Assembly (NCBI RefSeq): GCF_009914755.1
Contig: NC_060928.1
Length of the DNA: 64,000 bases
Direction: 5' to 3' (one strand)
DNA from: the human T2T-CHM13v2.0 reference genome, Homo sapiens
Shown piece by piece: positions 61,446-64,000 of this stretch. Positions within the stretch are counted from its first letter, which is position 1, and each line of letters begins with the position of its first letter. Below the pieces are notes generated by a model. The model saw only the letters and a program-made list of their open reading frames with translations, was not told where the DNA came from and did no database searches. A program made the position numbers and the translations under genes.

Positions 61446-62419
61446 CAGTGAGTGGTAAAAAGAGGAAAGGGGAAAACAATGACCAAAAAAAAAACAAACA
61501 AATAAGAAGGAGAAGGGAGAAGTGGGTATGGGAATGAAGAGAACATCCATGGCATGTTTGGTTGAAGCACAGCATTCACATAAGGGAGCAATGGGAAGTA
61601 ATATAAGTAGATATAACTGCAAAGCTCAAAATTTCACCTATTAGTAAAAACATGGCTTTTGACAAGGAAGACAGCATGCACATAAATTATTTTGGAGAGT
61701 TCATTCTTGCGATGTGGGCTGCACTAGGAGGGGCAAAGGGAGGCGGCAGTCCAGACAGGAGGTAATGAAGACAGATTAGACCAGTGGCAATGAGGGGGAA
61801 AAGGTGAGGGGGAAATGCACTACACAAGAAGACCCAAAAGATTTGTTAACTAATTATGAGGGGAAAAAGAGAGAGAGAACAAGAAGTCAAAGTGACTCAA
61901 AAATTTCCCAGCTAAGTAAATTGGAAAATGCCTCAGATTAACAGATTGTAGAAGAGAGTAGAATCATTAAAGAAGATGGAGAAAATTAACCCAAAAATAG
62001 AATGGCAACCAGCCCTTTGCAACATCAAGAATAAAAGTAGTAATAATTATTATTATAAATTATGTCATGTAATTTATAATTATATTATTAATAATTTTAT
62101 GAATTACTATTACTATTTTGGTTACTACAAAGAAATACAAAGGTCATGGGGGAATTGTCAATAAGATGAGATGATATAGACATTAAAAAGAAAGGAATAC
62201 AGAGAAATGTTGTCAATGAGGAGATTGACAATGAGGAGATCATTAGTGTCCTCAGAGAGTTGAGTGGGAATAGAAGCCAGTCTACAAGGAACAACGTGAG
62301 TGGAAAATGAGAAATGCAGACAGTACTCGATTTTAGAAAGTATTGGTAGAGAAAGGAAGGGTTGGGGAGGAAAAATATGGGGAGGGACAAGATGGCTGCT
62401 TAAAGAAATTATGAGCCTT

Positions 62420-62722
62420 GGCCGGATGCAGTGGCTCACGCCTGTAATCCCAGCAATTTGGGAGGCCAAGGCCAGCAGATCACTTGAGGTCAGGAGTTTG
62501 AGACCAGCCTGGCCAACATGGTGAAACCCCCTCTCTACTAAAAGTATTAGAAAATTAGCCAGGCATGGTGGCGTGCATCTGTAGTCCCAGCTACTCAGGA
62601 GGCTGAGGCAGGAGAATCACTTGAACCCGGCAGAAGGAGGTTGCAGCCGAGATCGAGCCACTGCACTCCAGCCTAGGCAACAGAGCGAGACTCTGTCTCA
62701 ATTTAAAAAGAGAAAGAAAGAA

Positions 62723-62786
<64 letters not shown>

Positions 62787-62957
62787 AGAAGGAAAGAAAG
62801 AAAAAAGAAAGAAAGGAAGGAAGGAAGGAAGGAAGGAAGGAAGGAAGGAAGGAAGGAAAGAAAGAAGGAAAGAAGGAAGGAAGGAAAGAAAGAAGGAAAG
62901 AAAGAAAGAAAGGAAGAAAGAAAGAGAAAGAAAAGAAAAGAAGGAAGGAAGGAAGGA
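62420..62957 (+). mobile_element. AluS with a ~250-bp (GAAA)n/(GGAA)n tail
   Basis: Full Alu at 62420-62700; degenerate TSD aaattatgagcctt (62406-62419) / aaattataagccgt (62958-62971). Confidence 0.96.
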
Positions 62958-64000
62958 AAATTATAAGCCGTGTCAAGTTTACAATATTTTAGAAGAGAGT
63001 AGAGAAGAACCATCCATTTTATAGAGCTGGAAAATTTGCCTCTAGTGTTTCAGTGTTTCCTTTACAAATAGGTCACAATAAGAGACATAGCAGGCTCTCA
63101 TATGTAAGAAGATATGCAGAGAAATCTACACTGATGTGAAGTAGACCATATCCTAGCCACGTGTAGCTTTTGGGTAGCTGATTCTGAGCCACTGGCCTTT
63201 AGGCCAAGGGCTGGGATATTGCAAAGACATCCATCATTTTACTAAACAAAACAAATAGTGTCACAGGTATACAACTTTTTAAGGTAATGTTTTCCTTCAC
63301 ACTTCCAAATTAACATTTTCAGATCTTTTTCAAAAAATAGGTCCTACTAGAAGTAATTTGATAACACAAAATATTTAGAATACAGCATCCATCAAATTAC
63401 CTCTATTAATTCCAATGTCAGCACAAACTTTAATCACAAAAATAACCAGACGACTGACAGTATATCTAATATTTGACACTTATGAATTTATCTCCTGAAA
63501 AAATTTACACTGCCAAATTCAGCAGAAGTCAAAATGCAATTAGAACAAAGGGTAACAATTCCAAACACATGCAGCTTACTGACTGGCCCTTGCCATTTCA
63601 TAAATAGAGGGTGCTTGAAACCTGCCCTTCAGCCCATAATAACAGCCTGCCAAGGGCTTCAAAAGCAAGCAGGAAGGAATAGGGGAGTGAGCTTGGGATC
63701 TGAGGAGGAGATTCTGTATATTTGGAAAATTCCATTTAAATAACCCAGTTGTCACAAATCCCCTTCCCAGATCCCCATTCTAGGAGATTGAAAAGCAGTA
63801 ATTAGAATGGGTGGGCTGGGAAAGCCAACTAAACACAGATTGACAGATAGGCTACCAGAAGAGGCATCCCCTGAACTACATTATTCCAACAATAATGTCT
63901 TTATTTACATAGCAGAGTGGGTATATTGTGTTCAGCAAAGCTTTCAATAAGTAGAAACATGCTGCTAGAAGAATAGCCCACCACCACACAAAACTGCTAA

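Noticed and set aside
62591-63013. K/E/R-rich and F/L/S-rich ORFs
   Set aside because: Translations of an Alu and its (GAAA)/(GGAA) tail.

Overview
Primate (human-like), AT-rich, CpG-poor genomic DNA that is mostly transposable-element fossils. It contains a full-length but inactivated L1PA2/3 (29846-35925), a near-full-length older L1MA, several L1PA/L1M/L2 fragments, Alus, MIRs, MaLR/ERV solo LTRs, hAT MITEs and two full-length Tigger1 DNA transposons. I found no intact host protein-coding gene. The one GC-rich non-repeat patch (~16.9-17.65 kb) looks like a promoter and first exon of an unidentified minus-strand spliced transcript. The most notable observations are: (1) a decayed retrocopy of the 28S rRNA 3' end just upstream of the full-length L1; (2) a probable L1 3' transduction; (3) two Tigger1 copies flanking the promoter that share many departures from the family consensus; (4) two local templated duplications. 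I see no evidence of a wholly new biological system. Subfamily calls rest on consensus sequences recalled from memory and need confirmation with RepeatMasker/Dfam.
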